Positions 14,601 to 29,700 of a stretch of 64,000 nucleotides of DNA are shown here, in pieces. The stretch lies in contig CM041465.1 in NCBI GenBank assembly GCA_023213395.1, positions 4,278,001 to 4,342,000 of the forward strand. The letters are read 5' to 3'. The notes beneath the pieces were generated by a model. That model was not told where the DNA came from and did no database searches. It saw only the letters and a list, made by a program, of their open reading frames with translations. A program made the position numbers and the translations under genes. The first letter of the stretch is position 1, and each line of letters begins with the position of its first letter. The stretch comes from Cycas panzhihuaensis (taxonomy: Eukaryota > Plantae > Cycadophyta).

Positions 14601-17099
14601 AGCAATATCTCAAAGGACATAATGCATATGATCAGGATGTATCAAATCACTTTTATTAATAGAAAGAAATTGAATACATAATAGAGCACCAAAGAGAACC
14701 AAATGTAGTATCACATTATACTAAGTATACAAGATTTGAAATATAAAATAAACCATACTCTACTTTTATAATGCCTTATATAAATAAGAGTGGCCTCTCT
14801 ATAAGAATACCATTAGAAGGAGCAAGTGACCAATATACATGTTAATGGATAGCACTAATTATTATATTATATATTTATGTAAACTAGCAGATAGATCTTG
14901 CGGCTAAGATAGTTATTATTATATGACCACATGCAGTTAATGAAACCAAGTAGCAAGCACTCATGCTTAAGGTGCTAGGAGCTTAAGTGATAATCATTAA
15001 CTTTTGTCTATGAGCTATTAAAGCCACTAATGAGTTGTAAGGTCATTTGGGACACTAATAGGATTATAGGGAAAAGGCTCTTTTGTGTCCATTTAAGAGT
15101 AATAAATTATAAAGAAAGATTGTTATGTAATTATTTTCTCTTGAGACATTAGTACTTTAGTACTCTTTAGTTCTCTTTTGTGTTTATCTATTCTCTTTGG
15201 TGCACTTCACTTCTATATTTGACTTTTATTAATAATACAAGTGCTATAATTTCCTACTTATCTTTCCATTATTATTATTTAGTGTGAGAATAAGTGGGAT
15301 AGTCATATCCTAAGTAGTATCAAATCTAGGTTTTAAATCTAGCAAAAGTAGTATGTTCGAAGGAAGCTAAAGAAGAAGGGAAATATTTACCCTGGTATAT
15401 CACTATAAATCTTTTTGTATAAGTTCTATTTTATTTCAAGTTCTATTTAATTTTAATGAAAATCTAACAAGCTACAAGTAGGCAATAAAGTCCCACCCTA
15501 TACCTCTCCTTTCCCCTATTGGTTAGATAGAGACCCTATATTAGGGGTCTTTAAACATAAGAGAAATCTATCATTTTGAGCTACGTGTGCATGGCCATAA
15601 ACTCATACATGAAGAAAAGTGGTATAATAATACTTACACAAGCTTTAGATAGAACTTGACTATATAAGTGAGCTTTCACATATCCTTAGGTATATCAAAG
15701 GACTCCTTTAGCATTGCACCACCCCCCACCCCACCACTCCAACTTAAAGTAGGAAATCTATTAGTCATTTCTCCCTATGTGATGTAAAGGTTAATAGTTA
15801 GTTCTTAGAAGATACTCTTCATGAATATCCCTACATGACTTTTGATCTTACAAAGATGTGCATTCCTTCATACGTAGTTATCTAAGATATTTAATTGAAT
15901 AATAGTATTGACAAGAACGTTTAATGAAGGGCCTATATAGCCAAACAATCCTCTGCCAATGGCTAATAGTCTCTCTCTATTTATCTCTATCACTTCCTTA
16001 ATAAAAGTATTTATTACCACTCACTACTATATTTCTAAACTAAAATTTTTTAAAAAGCAATCACTTAGACTATTATACTTCCTAATGTAAACCCCTAAAG
16101 ATGCTCAATATCTGAAGATATACAAGGTAAACCTGCAATAGTAATACCAACTAAAGTTAATAATATACAAGTAGTAATATAATACCTATTTACACAACAC
16201 TATAGCTTCAATTATTCTTGTTCAAATCTTCGACTAAAATTCTAAATTCAATAGCAATTGAGTCCATCCTCCATTTTTAGTCTTCTCTATAAAAAAATTA
16301 AAATTAAAATTAAAAAACAGGAAAAATATCTACAAGGTCACTTCAATAAATACTTCTCTGTTTCTTATGAAACTTATACTATTGAACTCATGACAAAAAA
16401 AACCACCTTATCAATTCATATTTCTTATTTTGACCAATGTATCACATTGATCAGTTTGTACTAAGTTTTAACTACCATTTTGAAAAAAAATTATATGTAC
16501 GACGCTCGTGGATCCCATAGTTAAAACTTTTCACTTAAATCTTACCTATACCATCTCAACTAGTTTTTTGCATTCATTCCAATTTAATAAGTGACTTTCT
16601 TACCTATTTTTGGGGTTAATAGGATATAGACATCTAGGCCCCTGCCCCCTCTCCCCCCTGCCCCCCCCCTTCTTTTAAGTATAAATCCCCACTTCTATAA
16701 GTCATTCTATTTATCTATCCTTGATTTAGTAAATCTCCTTCTATCTTACTCATCCCATTTCTTTATATCTCCTTCTTCTTGTTCACATCCCACTTCTTGT
16801 AATCCTCTTCTTTCTATATAATGGCTCCTACCTCTCAAGTAGAATGCATTTTTGTATTGGAAACTAATTCTTAGATTTTTAAAAAGAATTAAAGGTTGAC
16901 ATATCTTCCCATATATCTAAGCCAAATATCATTACAATACTAAACCAAATGGCTTAGATGTTAGTGTAATTATCATAGTCAAACTCTACGTCATTAGGCA
17001 ACATGCCTCTAACACAATAGTTGAGTAGCCCTCCCCCACACTAGCCCCTTTACCATAAGATCAATATTCCCATCTTCAATCCAAATCTAAACAGAGATA

Positions 17100-20000
17100 G
17101 CACTCACACATGGATAAGTAAACTTGAGTCATACTTCTCTCTTAAATCAATGAATGAAGAGGAGTAACCAATATTTGCACCTATTCATATGGAAGGTAGA
17201 GCATATTGTTGGTTCTATTGATGGCAATGGGAATACCCATCAAATAGGACATGGACAAACTTCTTTGTATATATTTTTTATTAGTATGAAAAAACTTGAA
17301 ACTAATATTTCATCAATCAACTTATAAGGCTAAAATAGGTGTTCTTAGTTAATTCTTATACAAATAAATTCTAAACCTTACATAATTACATCTTCCAAAG
17401 TTTAGACAAGTAAACCTAGGTAGAGAATTATGTCATAAACTTAAAAGAGTGTTCTAAATGCACCTAAGAACCATAAAAATTTTAAATCTTAAAGATGTGA
17501 TATACATATCCAAAGTAGTTGAGGTAGAATTAATAATGAAAAGAACATCTTTCTTCTAGTGAGATATTACATGGAACCAACGATTATGATAAGCTAAATT
17601 TCCATAAAAATAACCCCAAATAAATGATCATATGGGCTTGCTATAAAATAGCCTTTAGAAGAACGCATAAATAAGATAATTCAAGTCTCACCTATAAGGG
17701 CATACCGATACATCATAGCTACCCTCTATGTCCAATACTTATAAAAGTAGACACTTGGACATGGTAAGGTTTGTAAAGCCAAGAAAATGATCTCCATAAT
17801 AGATCCTAGCCTTAACCTAAAGTATAACTCTGATTTTGAACTAGAATTTAATAAAGATCCCCATCTAGAAACCCCCTCAACTTTAGAACTAAAAGTCTCC
17901 TTATCTATAGTAGTATCCTCTTTATGCCTCAAACCATTATGTGCTAAAGGAATACTTAAGAAAATACCAATTACCATTTTGATCTATGGTGGTGCATTAC
18001 TAAACTTCATAGATATTTCCTTAGCTAGGTAATTAAATCTTTATATTATCCTAAAAAATAGATCTACGTGTTCCTTGCTTGGCCATTATAAACTTCATTG
18101 TGTTGTAACGATCAAGAACCTCACTATCCAAATTGATACTTATAGGTTAATCTCTATTTTTTATACCGTATCTATTGATAGATTACATGTTATTCTTGGA
18201 GTCCAGTGGCTCCAAATATTAGGTACCTATAAAATAAATAACTCCCCCTCTAGTCCATTCATGTTATTTAAGGATAAAATAGAACGAATCCATAAACTCC
18301 ATGGAATGTAACCACCCCCCCTCCTGCACCAATAAACTAATTTACCTAATCTAAATAAGAAAATAACTAAACAACCAAGTAGGTTATATTGTATACATTA
18401 ACAACATCTAAGACCATATAGGCATTCACTTAGATATCTAACATGTGCTTAATAAATATCAATCCATCTTTGCCCTCCTATTAACTGGACTCTAACTAAA
18501 TCATGAGTGTTACCACACCATTAAGCTCAAACCCATGACTTTATAAAAATTCTTACTTTTAAAATAATAAGATTGAAAAAATTAGTAATGAGCTAATGGA
18601 AATGAGGGTAACTCAACCTAGAAAAAGCCTATATATTACCCTTATTATGTTAGTTGAAAAAAATAATAGATTATTTAGGATGTATATTGATTATCAAGAA
18701 CTTAATAAAATAACCATAAAAAATAAGTTACCCATCCCAAGAATTAACAACATCTTATACAAGATCCATGATGCTATAATCTTTACTAAGTTGGATCTCC
18801 AATCCATATACTATCAAATCCTAATTGCACCTGAAGATTATCACAAAATAACATTTCACATATCATGGCCACTTTGAATTCCATATTATGCCTTTTAATT
18901 TATGTAATACCCCAACCATGTTTTAGTTCATAATGAAAAATATATTTACCCCTTACCTTAGGAAATTCATTATTATTTTCTTTGATGATATTATCATCTA
19001 TAGTATAAGTATAGCCATTCACACTCACCATTTAGAGATAGTCCTAAAAAGTTTAGCCAAATACCAATTATATACCAAGCTCTCCAAGTGTAAGTTTGGT
19101 AAGGCTAAACTATAATACCTTGGCTATATTATCTTCATAAAGGGTATTTAGATTGACCCTAACAAAATAACAATTATTACTAACTACCCAAACCCAAAAA
19201 ATCTTCTTAGGACTCATAGGATTCTATCGATGGTTCATATAAAAGTATGCAACCTTAATGATACTATTAACCAATTTACTCCAAAAAGATTCTTTCTAAT
19301 GGTCACCCGCTACTAACGATGCCTTTATTCATCTTAAAGAAGTTGTGTCCTCTACTCTACTCTTGGCTATATTAGACATCTCTCAACCATTCCAACTAGA
19401 ATGTGGTGCATTAAGTTTTAAATTAAGTATGATCCTTATGCAAAACCAACATCCCATTGCTTTTAAAAGTAAAAAACTTCAAGACCATATATGTAAGTTA
19501 TCAACATACCTAAAAGAAATGAAGACCATTCTCCATACCATTAAGAAATGGTGATAATATATCAATGAATCAAAATTCACCATCCTAATTAATCACCATA
19601 GCCTCTATCACCTTTTAGACCAACTAGTTCTATTTAAGGAATAGGGCAAGTGGGTGGAGCAACTTTACATTTTCAGCTTCATGATCACTCATAAGAAATG
19701 CCAAGATAATGTAATGACAAATTATCTTTCCTATGTTCTAACTAACTCATCTCACATTCCTTTATATAAATCCTCCATTCATGCCATCTCCACACCACAC
19801 CCCATATGGGCATAAGACCTAGCTTAGGAAAACCAATCTCAACCAAATTATAACAAATAAGATAACAAAGTTAACACTAAAAAAGAATTAATCAATATAA
19901 AATAATTCCCTTCTATATAGAAACTGCATATTCCTCCACCTAATGTCTAATTTTATATCTCAAATCTTAGTATAATGCCACTCTACTCTTTTAGGAGACT

Positions 20001-20402
20001 ATCTAGATTTGATAAAACTACTAATGAATTTGATCTAATTTCTTTTAATCGCATACGAAATCATCCATTCTAACATTTATTTCAGAATGGAATACATGTT
20101 AGTATAATAAAGTTGACACCAAATCCCAACCAAGTCTATTATAACCACTCCATCTTTTGTAAGAGAAATGGTAGGATATTGTTATAGACTTTATTGCAGA
20201 TCTCACTCTATTTACTAAGTATGACTCCATATTAGTGATAATTAGCTACTTAATAGAATATGCATACTTTTTACTAGTCCATATTTCATATAAATTATTA
20301 CATATTGTAAATATATATCTTTAAATAATATTTTATTTATATGGATTTTCATCAACTATAGTGTACGAACAAGATTTAATATTCACCAACTTATTTTGGT
20401 AA
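17100..20402 (+). pseudogene. Gypsy A gag-pol (gag, protease, RT, RNase H, integrase N-part), many stops and frameshifts
   Basis: ORF fragments ..ILIYGGALLNFI (PR), [24 protein letters not shown] and PYLRKFIIIFFDDII (RT), QPFQLECGALS..HPIAFKSKKL (RH), ..FTNLFW at the B insertion point. Confidence 0.9.
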
Positions 20403-21194
20403 TGATGGAAGAATTAATTCATATATTGTAAAGTTAGTTTATCTTAAGGGTATTATATTCATGAATGGGTTAAGTGACAACTTAATGTTGTGAGTCTATG
20501 TATGTGGGAGAATTTTTACGCACAACATTGTAATACATAGATATGGTTAAATCATGTAAGGTGCCAACTATCACCTTATATGATCATCTATTTATTATTC
20601 CTTTAAGCCTCTTATAATTGTTATTTGTTATATATATAAGCCTTTGCATATAATATAATCCTATCTATAATGGATCTTTGTGATTAATAAAGTATAACTA
20701 CTTTGGAGTTTTTTTATAATTTTATTTTCTCCCTTCTTTATTGCATGTTTACTGTGCATGCATGAGATTTGAACTAGGGTTGATGCTAAGACTAATTCTT
20801 AGCCTCTCACTTGGTATCATAGCACTCTTTTAGGGCTGACTCCCAACTACTTCTTTAAATTTTCTTAATACTCATTCTTATCTCTCCAAATGACATCTGT
20901 GTCTAGTCTTAATACCTTTATATAATTTAACCTTACCTATGAAAACATATTGTCTCCATGCCAAGAAATTGAATGGTTTCATCACTTTATTCTTGGAACA
21001 ATTGTGATGCACTTGTCATTGACTTGACTACCTTTATATTATTATCAAAATCACCATATTCAAGCATTAAGCCATTAGATTCACTGAGGATCTTTAGTTG
21101 TTAATTTACAAACCTCCCAATTTGGGGAGGAAAAATCTATTTCCTGTCAAAACCAAGTGTTAGGATCTAAAACAAGTTGAAGAGTAGATTATTA

Positions 21195-21555
21195 TATGAG
21201 GATTTCTTCTATGTGAGCTATCAAATGGATCATCTTCATGGCTTCTATATGTAAGCTATATTGTGGACTACCTTTGCATAAGCTACTCCCTTCTCATGGC
21301 TTTGTTACATGATTATGCAATTATATTATTTGGATTTCCTTTATGTGATTGTATAAAGCCCCTCTCATGGCTCCTTATCATAGCCACATTGGCTCCATAG
21401 CTTTAAATTACAACCTCTTAATACCTAATCATCACAAAATCCTCTATATTTTTTAACAGAGCTCTCATTCTTTGCATGGGTTGCTTCTCTTCTACGTGAG
21501 CTAATAAATCATCTCTTCACAGCATATCTTAGAATCAATCCATAAGCTACTATTC
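21195..21555 (+). repeat. Degenerate short repeats (..tcYttYtRtGTGAGCTA) in the long 5' leader of Copia B
   Basis: About 6 related copies: tatgtgagcta, tatgtaagcta, gcataagcta, tacgtgagcta, ccataagcta. Confidence 0.45.
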
Positions 21556-24500
21556 TTCCTCTTTGATTATCACACATAGGTGAATATGTAGGTCAACATG
21601 TAGGCACTATGATCTTATTACCTCCAGAGATTAGACATTAATTTATTTGGATTGAATTGATTAAACTGCAAAGGAGGATTTACGCAACTTCACTAGTTTT
21701 ATCTCATTTTAGTTCACTATCTACTTGGTGAAACTATTGCATATGACTACTCATTATGATCTTGGTTATATGATCCTCTCACTGAAAGACACATATTGAG
21801 ATTTCATAGCTCTAATAAAGAGATCTAGCCCTTAGTATCCACACCTATCTCGTCATTTTTTTAAAACACATGTTTTTAATTTTTATTTTTATAGAGTTTA
21901 AAAACTTTAGGTTATATAAATCAAAATATCACCAAAATATTCCTTTTTTAATAAAGTACCCTAATCCAAAGTTATATATTTTATCATTTTTTAATCATTT
22001 TCTAACTTGTTAAGCTTATTTTTCAGTCAATTTAAGCCATTTTTTTAGAATTTTTTTCTATTTTTATTGCTTAAAACATAAAATTTTAATACTTTAATGA
22101 TAAAAATCTTTAAAATTTTGAAACATTAAAAAGATAACATCCTAATTGAACAACCTTATTACTAGCCTTGCAAGGGGAATAGTTAGGACCCCTGAAGTTG
22201 CCACTCCACACATGCTAATGAGCTTTCTACAATTCCATAAACAATAAAGAAAGACACTAGCTATCTGGTGTATTAAGTGGTACACTAAGGTGTTATACTA
22301 AAATCCTTAGAGTTTGGAGTCTAGGATAGAACTAGAGGGGGTGAGTGCCTTAGTTGTTAAGTGTGCCTTTAGATGAGAATCTATCATTTATGTTATAAAT
22401 CTAGTGTAGGTGGGTCAATGGTGTCAAGGGGTAATTAAGACTTCTACAATGCCTATGTACCTTTGGGTATATTGGGTTCCTAGACTACCATTTATGAGCA
22501 AGTATACCATTAAATAAGACCATCTCAACTACTAGAGGCTATTAGGATTGGAGACACTAAGACATAAATCCTAGATTAACATACCTTTTTACGTAAATAG
22601 GACATATATTTTAGATATTATAGCACTTTAGATGGTTGCAGCTAATACAATTAAACTTTCTAGTAGTGATAATTTCTTAGCTTGGAAGAAATAATTCAAG
22701 AACATATTAATAATAAATAAACTTTGGCCTTATGTTTCTAGAAAAATTCCTATGCCAGTTTCCATTTAATATCTTAATGATCTTCATAATGTCATTCCTC
22801 CTAATCCTAATATTGTAGATGCCTTTAAAGAGTTTGATGAAGTTGCCCTTAACTTTTATACTTATCCTATGAAGGTAATGTTGATCAAAACATTGAACAA
22901 GCCCTTACCTCAGTTGATGCTTAGAATATCATTTGTGCACTTTATGAGAGGGGAAATATAATACTAGGGTATTTATACTTAAAGAACAACTCTACTATAC
23001 TCTATTTATAGGATCTATTATAGCAAACTTGACACAAATTAAGGTGATCAAAAATTAGTTAGTAGTTTTGGGTCAGCCACCAGATGATAGTGACCTCATA
23101 TCCAGTATAGTGAATATTTTTCCACCTAGACATAATTCCCTCATATCTAATCTATCTCATATAGATCAACTTGCCACTCTTGATTTCAATACATTTGAGA
23201 ATCTATTACTCCAAAAAGAATACATTCTAAATAAATCAAGGAATCTAGGTGCATCTGCTTCTATATTAGCATTTATAGCTCATCATAGAGGATGATAATA
23301 ATATTCATATTTGACCCAACAATTTAGTTTAATGAATTTAAACTAGTAGTCATACTAGCAATGTTAGTCTCAACCACAATATACTCCATAGATTATAAAT
23401 TACTATTATGGAAAAACTAGACATATTACAACCGATTATAGGAAAAAGAGAGTTAACCTTCAATAATAATAGTTTTGAAACTATCCTACCATACATGTAA
23501 TCAAAATTATGGATACGATAATTACCAAGGACCACAAAGGTAAAATCAACTTAACTATTAAGGACCAAGGAGACAAAATCAAAGTGCTCCTTAAGGTAAC
23601 TAGCATGATACGAATTATAATTAGAGATAGAATTTAAATCAATGTGGCCATATGGCCAAGTTACAAATTCTCTTTTTTGTTACATTAATAACTCAACATT
23701 CTAATATATCTTAGTTGATTAATTTAGGTTCCCCTTAATATATGATGGGTTTAGAAGAACTTATTATAAATATAAGACTAATATAGGATTAATCAATTAC
23801 TTTTGGAGATGATGTTATTTTAGAGGATGCCAAGATTGGTAACGTTCCTAATTTATTGAAGAATTCAAATACTCCACATCATCTCAATAATGTTTTTTAT
23901 ATACTTGGCATGACACATAACGTATTATTGGTTAGCCAAATAAATAAGCAAAACTTTAATGTTTTATTTATTCATATTAGAAAATAGCTAATTACATATC
24001 TAAATAATAACTTAATTGCCTTACAATATGAAGATCAAGGACTATACAAGCTTGATGTAGTAACTAGACCTTTGATCTAGCCATATAAATTTGGTTCTTG
24101 TAGTAATTAAGCTTTTAGTTCTAATAATTCTACTTTAACTTTAGATACAAATCAACAATTTGCTTTAAAATTATTTGTTTCTTAAAAACTTTAAAAGAGT
24201 AGATATAGCATCAATGCCTAGGTCATTTAAACATGAATAACCTTCATCTACTTTATAAACTAAATATGGTACACAGTATACCTAATATAAAGTAGAGTAA
24301 ATATATTTATGAGGCTTGTATTATGAGCAAATATCATTGAGCTCCATTCAAGTCAAATAGAAGAGCTTGACATGCTTAGGAACCTTTAGGCTTAGTACAT
24401 TTAGATATCTATGGGCCCATGTCACAAGCATCCTTTAGAGGCTATTGATATTTTATTACATTTATTGATCATTATTCTAAAAAAGTGTGGGTCTCTTTTG

Positions 24501-26724
24501 TAAAGCAAAAATTAGAAGCATTTGATAAATTTAAAGAATTTAAGCATGGCGCTGAGCTAGAATCTCGAAAACTAATCAAAATCCTTCATTATAAAAATAG
24601 AGGTGAATATACATCAAATGAATTAATCTAATTCTAAAAGGATAATGACATCAAATAATAGTTTTCTACCCCTTACACACCTTAGAAAAATATAATTACT
24701 AAGAGAATGAATTGGACCTTGGTTAGTAAAGGTAAAACCATGCTTTTCACTAAGAATTTAGGACTTCAATTCTAAGCTAAAGCCCTTTATTTAGTTGTTT
24801 ATCTTACAAATAGAAGTTCAACTAAGGTAGTATTGAATATTACTCTGAAAGAGGCTTGGTTAGGTCAAAAGCATATGGTCTTATATCTATGCCCTTTTGG
24901 TTGTACAACATACATGTTTATATTGAAAGAACAAAAAAAAAAGCTAGATCATAAAAGTAGGAAATGTATCTTTATTGGTTATCAACCTAGCTATAAAGGA
25001 TATAAATTATATAATCATGACACTAAGCAAATATATACATCTTTGGATATATATATATTTTAGAAGAGAACCAAGATTTGCATATCACTCAAATCTCTTT
25101 TTTTATGATCAATCTAAAAAGGCACCAACTACTCCTCCTACTCCTCAAAATGTTCTTATAGAATAAATGCCACCTCCATCATTATACACTCTTAATATGT
25201 CATCTATACCACCTGCCTCTACATCAACATCTACCCTAAGATGAGGCTACTTCAAAGTAGCTTCCTAAATGGTATTTGTAGATAATCTCTTTTGCTACTT
25301 CACCACCACAACAAATAAAGAGCCAATCTAAATATAGGTATATCAAAATCCATAATTATTTGATCACTCTAGTTATACTTTATGTTGATGACTTCTTAAT
25401 AACTGATAATAACACATAGTGGATTATATATCTTTAAGGAGAATTGAATAACATCTTTAAGATGGTTTACCTCAGGTTACTTCACTACTATCTTAGCATG
25501 GAAGTTTGGAAGGAGTCAAGCCATATCTTCCTCTTATAATCTAAATATATAAAATAAATTCTTTAGAAATTTAAGATGGAAGAATATAAATCATTTCCAA
25601 CTCTTATGGAGATAGGATTAAAATTAGATATTAGTGAGCATGGAAAACCTACAAATCATATATTATATAGGTAACTTATGGGAAAATTAATTTACCTTAC
25701 TCATATTTGACCTGATATTACATATGTTATTGGGATCTGCTCAAGGTTTATGACACAGCCCAAGACTTCATATTAGAAATAAGTAATAAGGATCTTGAGA
25801 TATCTTTTAGGTACTCTCCAGTTTGGACTTAGTTATTATCATGTGGATATATTAGGATATAATATTTTATCTAATGTTTAGCTTAGATATTTGAAGGGGT
25901 AATGTGAGTCACCCCTCATTATGTAACTCTGACTATAGATTTGACAAATGTCTCTCTCAAGTACTTCGATTGTAAATCTCTTTGTAATAGTTGTACACTG
26001 TAATGTATATTTAAGAAAGCTTTAGCTCCTCAATAAAGCATTCATCCTATTTTGAATTCAACATGGTATTAAACTAGGGAAATCTACCTGCCTAAAGAGA
26101 AATTGTCAAAGGATTAATGTGGTGCCTAGAAAATTGGAGGATAATAGTATTTGAAGATAAATATTGATTCAAATCATTAGAAGTAAATATCAAAGAGTTT
26201 ATAAGATTAAAAGACTAGAGAATTTCTTTTGTACTGACATATACATATTTGGATGAAACTTGGTTAGATTGTAAATCACATCAAGGGCATTATTTTCTCC
26301 AACTGAGTTGAAGCAAGTTGAGGTCATCTTGAGGTAGTTTTTTCCCTCTAAATAGTCCATGCATATTTGGAGGTTTGACAGTACATTTCTTCAAAAATCT
26401 CTTAGATTACCAAGTAAATTCTTATATAATCTATGTATTCATTTAATATAAAGACATTGAATCCAACTTTGTAAATTTTTATTGGAGATTTTAAAATTTT
26501 CAAGTTTTTTTCTCAAAAACCCTAGCTACAGGTTTTAGATTTTTGAGCCAGTTTTCTATTGATTGAAAAGCCATCTCTAAAAAATAATTTCAAATCTATT
26601 ATCTCCTTAGAAAATACTCTAATTTGAGGTACTTTTCATACCTATTTATATGCTTTAATTTCTATTTAAAGATTCATATAATTGTATGATTAGAATAGTG
26701 CAGAATTAAAATTTTTAGTCTGTA

Positions 26725-29700
26725 ATGGCTTCATTAGTACCTACCTTATTAGATTAAGATAAACTTTTAGATATAAATTATCATGTCTAGAAAATTAAGG
26801 TAGAAACTTTACTAAGAGGAAAAAATACCTGGAACATTACAATTGGAATAGAGACAAAACCTACTGCAGGAAGTGTAAACTTAACTAACTGGGAATAAAA
26901 AGATAATGTAAGTGTAATAATCTTAAAACTTTCAATTTTAGATCTACTTCTTATTTATGTGAAGAAATTAAATTCTTCTTCTGTAATATGGAAATATTTT
27001 GAAAACTTATAAAGTTAGAAGAATAAAGCCATAATAGTTGCTCTAAAGGAGGATTTATTCAAGTTACATATGATAGACTCAAATATAGTATCTAATTTCA
27101 TACAGAAAGTGATCTCAATAAGAAATAATCTCTTAAGTATATAAGCCTCCATTACATAATAAGAAGTAGTGGAGATGATAGTAAATAAATTACCTAAGGC
27201 ATTTGATGTTACAATAAATACTATAATAAGTAATAACCAGATTGATAAAATGACTCTTGATACTCTAACTAGCTTATTATTAAGATAGGAGTAGAGAAAT
27301 AAATGTTATAAATATTTAGTAAAATTAGAAGATGTATTTGCAACATGATTAAACTTGGGATCCAGGGCTTGATGTCAATCCAGAGGAAGAGGTCATACAC
27401 TAGAAGGGAGGAACCCACTTTGTGGATGATGAACAAACAACATGGGGCATGGATGTACTACGTCCAGAGATACAAGAATATGTTATAATTTTGGTAAGCC
27501 TAGTCATATTTCAAGTTCTTATAGGGCATTTGATCTTTGTTACCACTGTGGATAACTAGGTCATTTTCCATACCAATGCTCATAAAGACAAACTAAAATT
27601 CAGAGAGAGAAATGACCAATAGGTAGCTATAGTAAGGAATATATGGAAGAAGAAGAAGAGGGGGAGGAGGAAATAGCATTCATTATTGCACTTACTATAG
27701 GCCTGTAAGATAAGGATATTTGGTATATTAACTTTAGAGCATCCTGACACATGATAAATAGAGAAGATTGGTTTGAGTCACTCCAACCCTACACTTTAGA
27801 CAAATCAATAGTGTTGGGAGACAAGTATACCCTAAGTATAAAGGGAATTGGAATAATAGCCATCAATCTACAAGGAAAGATAAAGAAGATTGGTAATGTT
27901 TTGCTTATTCCAACATTAAAAATTAACCTTCTCTTAGTATTATAGCTTAACAACAAAAATCTAAGAATAATCTTTCATAAAGAAGGAAACTATTATATTT
28001 TAGATATGAAAAACAATGGCAATGTAATTGCTAAAGGTATAAGAAGTAATGATCTATATAAACTGCTCTCTACTTTTGTACTCTCCAGTCAGGATGAAAA
28101 GGCTTATACTATTATAAATTCTAATATTAATAATAAAGTGTGGAATTTGAAGTATGGACACCTTCCATTAGAAAAATTAAAGTTGATGCAAAAAGAAGGA
28201 CTGGTTAATGGTTTGTCTTCTATCACATCTAATAATTTTGTGTGTAAAGGTTGTCAGTTCAGAAAACAACACCAAATTTCCTTCAAAGAAAGTGAATGGC
28301 ATGCTCAGAATAAGTTAGAATTAGTTCATATAGACCTGTGTGGACCATTTACTCCACTTTTAATCAATGGTTGCATGTACTTCTTAACTTTTATTAATGA
28401 TCTTACTAGGAAAGTATGGGTTTATTTTCTACATAACAAATCAAAAGTTTTTGAGTTTTTTAAAGAATTCAAAGTAGAAGCAGAATTAGAATCTAGAGCT
28501 AAAATAAGATGCATCAGATCTTATGGGGGCAGAGAGTATATTTCAAATAAGTTCCAAAACTTCTATAAATTAAATGGAGTATGCAGGTAGGTTACAACTC
28601 CCTACACTGCTCAATCTAATAGAGTTGCAGAGAGGAAAAATAAAACCATTATAGAAATGAATCAAAGCATGATTTATGAAACTGAAGTTTCAAAAAACTA
28701 CTAGACAGAAGTACTCAATACTGCTTGTTATTTAATCAATCAAAGTCCCATAAGGGTAGTAGAGTAAATGGCCCCTAAGGAGGCTTAGACATGAAGGAAA
28801 CTAGATATTATAAATTTAAAGATATTCAAATGCCAAGCCTTCATGCACATTATAGAGAAGAGGAGATCAAAACTTGATACCAAAAGTATAGAATGTATTA
28901 TTGTTGGATATAATAAAAACTCAAAGGGCTACAAATGCATAGATCCTAAAACTAACAAGATCTATTTAATGAAGAAGTTGTCCTATATAGTCAATCCAAT
29001 CTTCAGGTCATTGAAGAAATGCCAAAGGAGATATCTCAAGAAATTTCCTTAGAAGAAACTTTTGAGTTAACCACTAAATAAATTTAAGAAGAATCACATG
29101 AGGATTCATCATCTGGTAAACAAGTAGTCAAAGATTTAATTACAAAAGAAGAATAGACAAAAGTTTAAAAGGTACCAAGGTGGTACATCAAAACCATCAA
29201 AGAAGGAAAAGAGAACATACTTCTACATAGGACCTAAAGTCAGAGTCATCACACTTTATACAACAACATTAAACCATAGTCTTTTAAAGAAGACAAAGGA
29301 CACATTGAATGAAAGAAATTAATGGATTAAAAAATGAATTTAATTATCAAAAATTAAACTTGGAAACTGGTTGAATTACCACCCTATAAACTAGTTGTTA
29401 ATTATAGGTGGATTTATAAAGTTAAAGAAGGAGACAAAATAAAAAATATATAAAGCCAGGCTTATAATAAAAGGCTACACACAAACAAAGGGAGTCAAAT
29501 TTGATGAAACATTCTCTCTAATGGCCAAAATAAGCACTATAAGAACAATGACTGCATTAGTATCACACCAAGATTAGAAAATTCATCAACTAGATGCAAA
29601 AAGTTCTTTCCTAAATGGAGAGTTAAAGGAGGAAATCTATATGAAGTAGCCAAAGGTTATATCAAAGGAGAATAACATCTGATCTACAAATTAAAGAAAG

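Larger units (their letters stand above)
4708..15552. repeat. Head-to-tail tandem triplication of a ~3.6-kb unit (4708-8311, 8312-11919, 11920-15552)
   Basis: Near-identical blocks restart at ctttccttataaagttag (4708, 8312, 11920). Homology ends at ggtcttt (15552). CTTT microhomology at the junctions. Confidence 0.97.
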
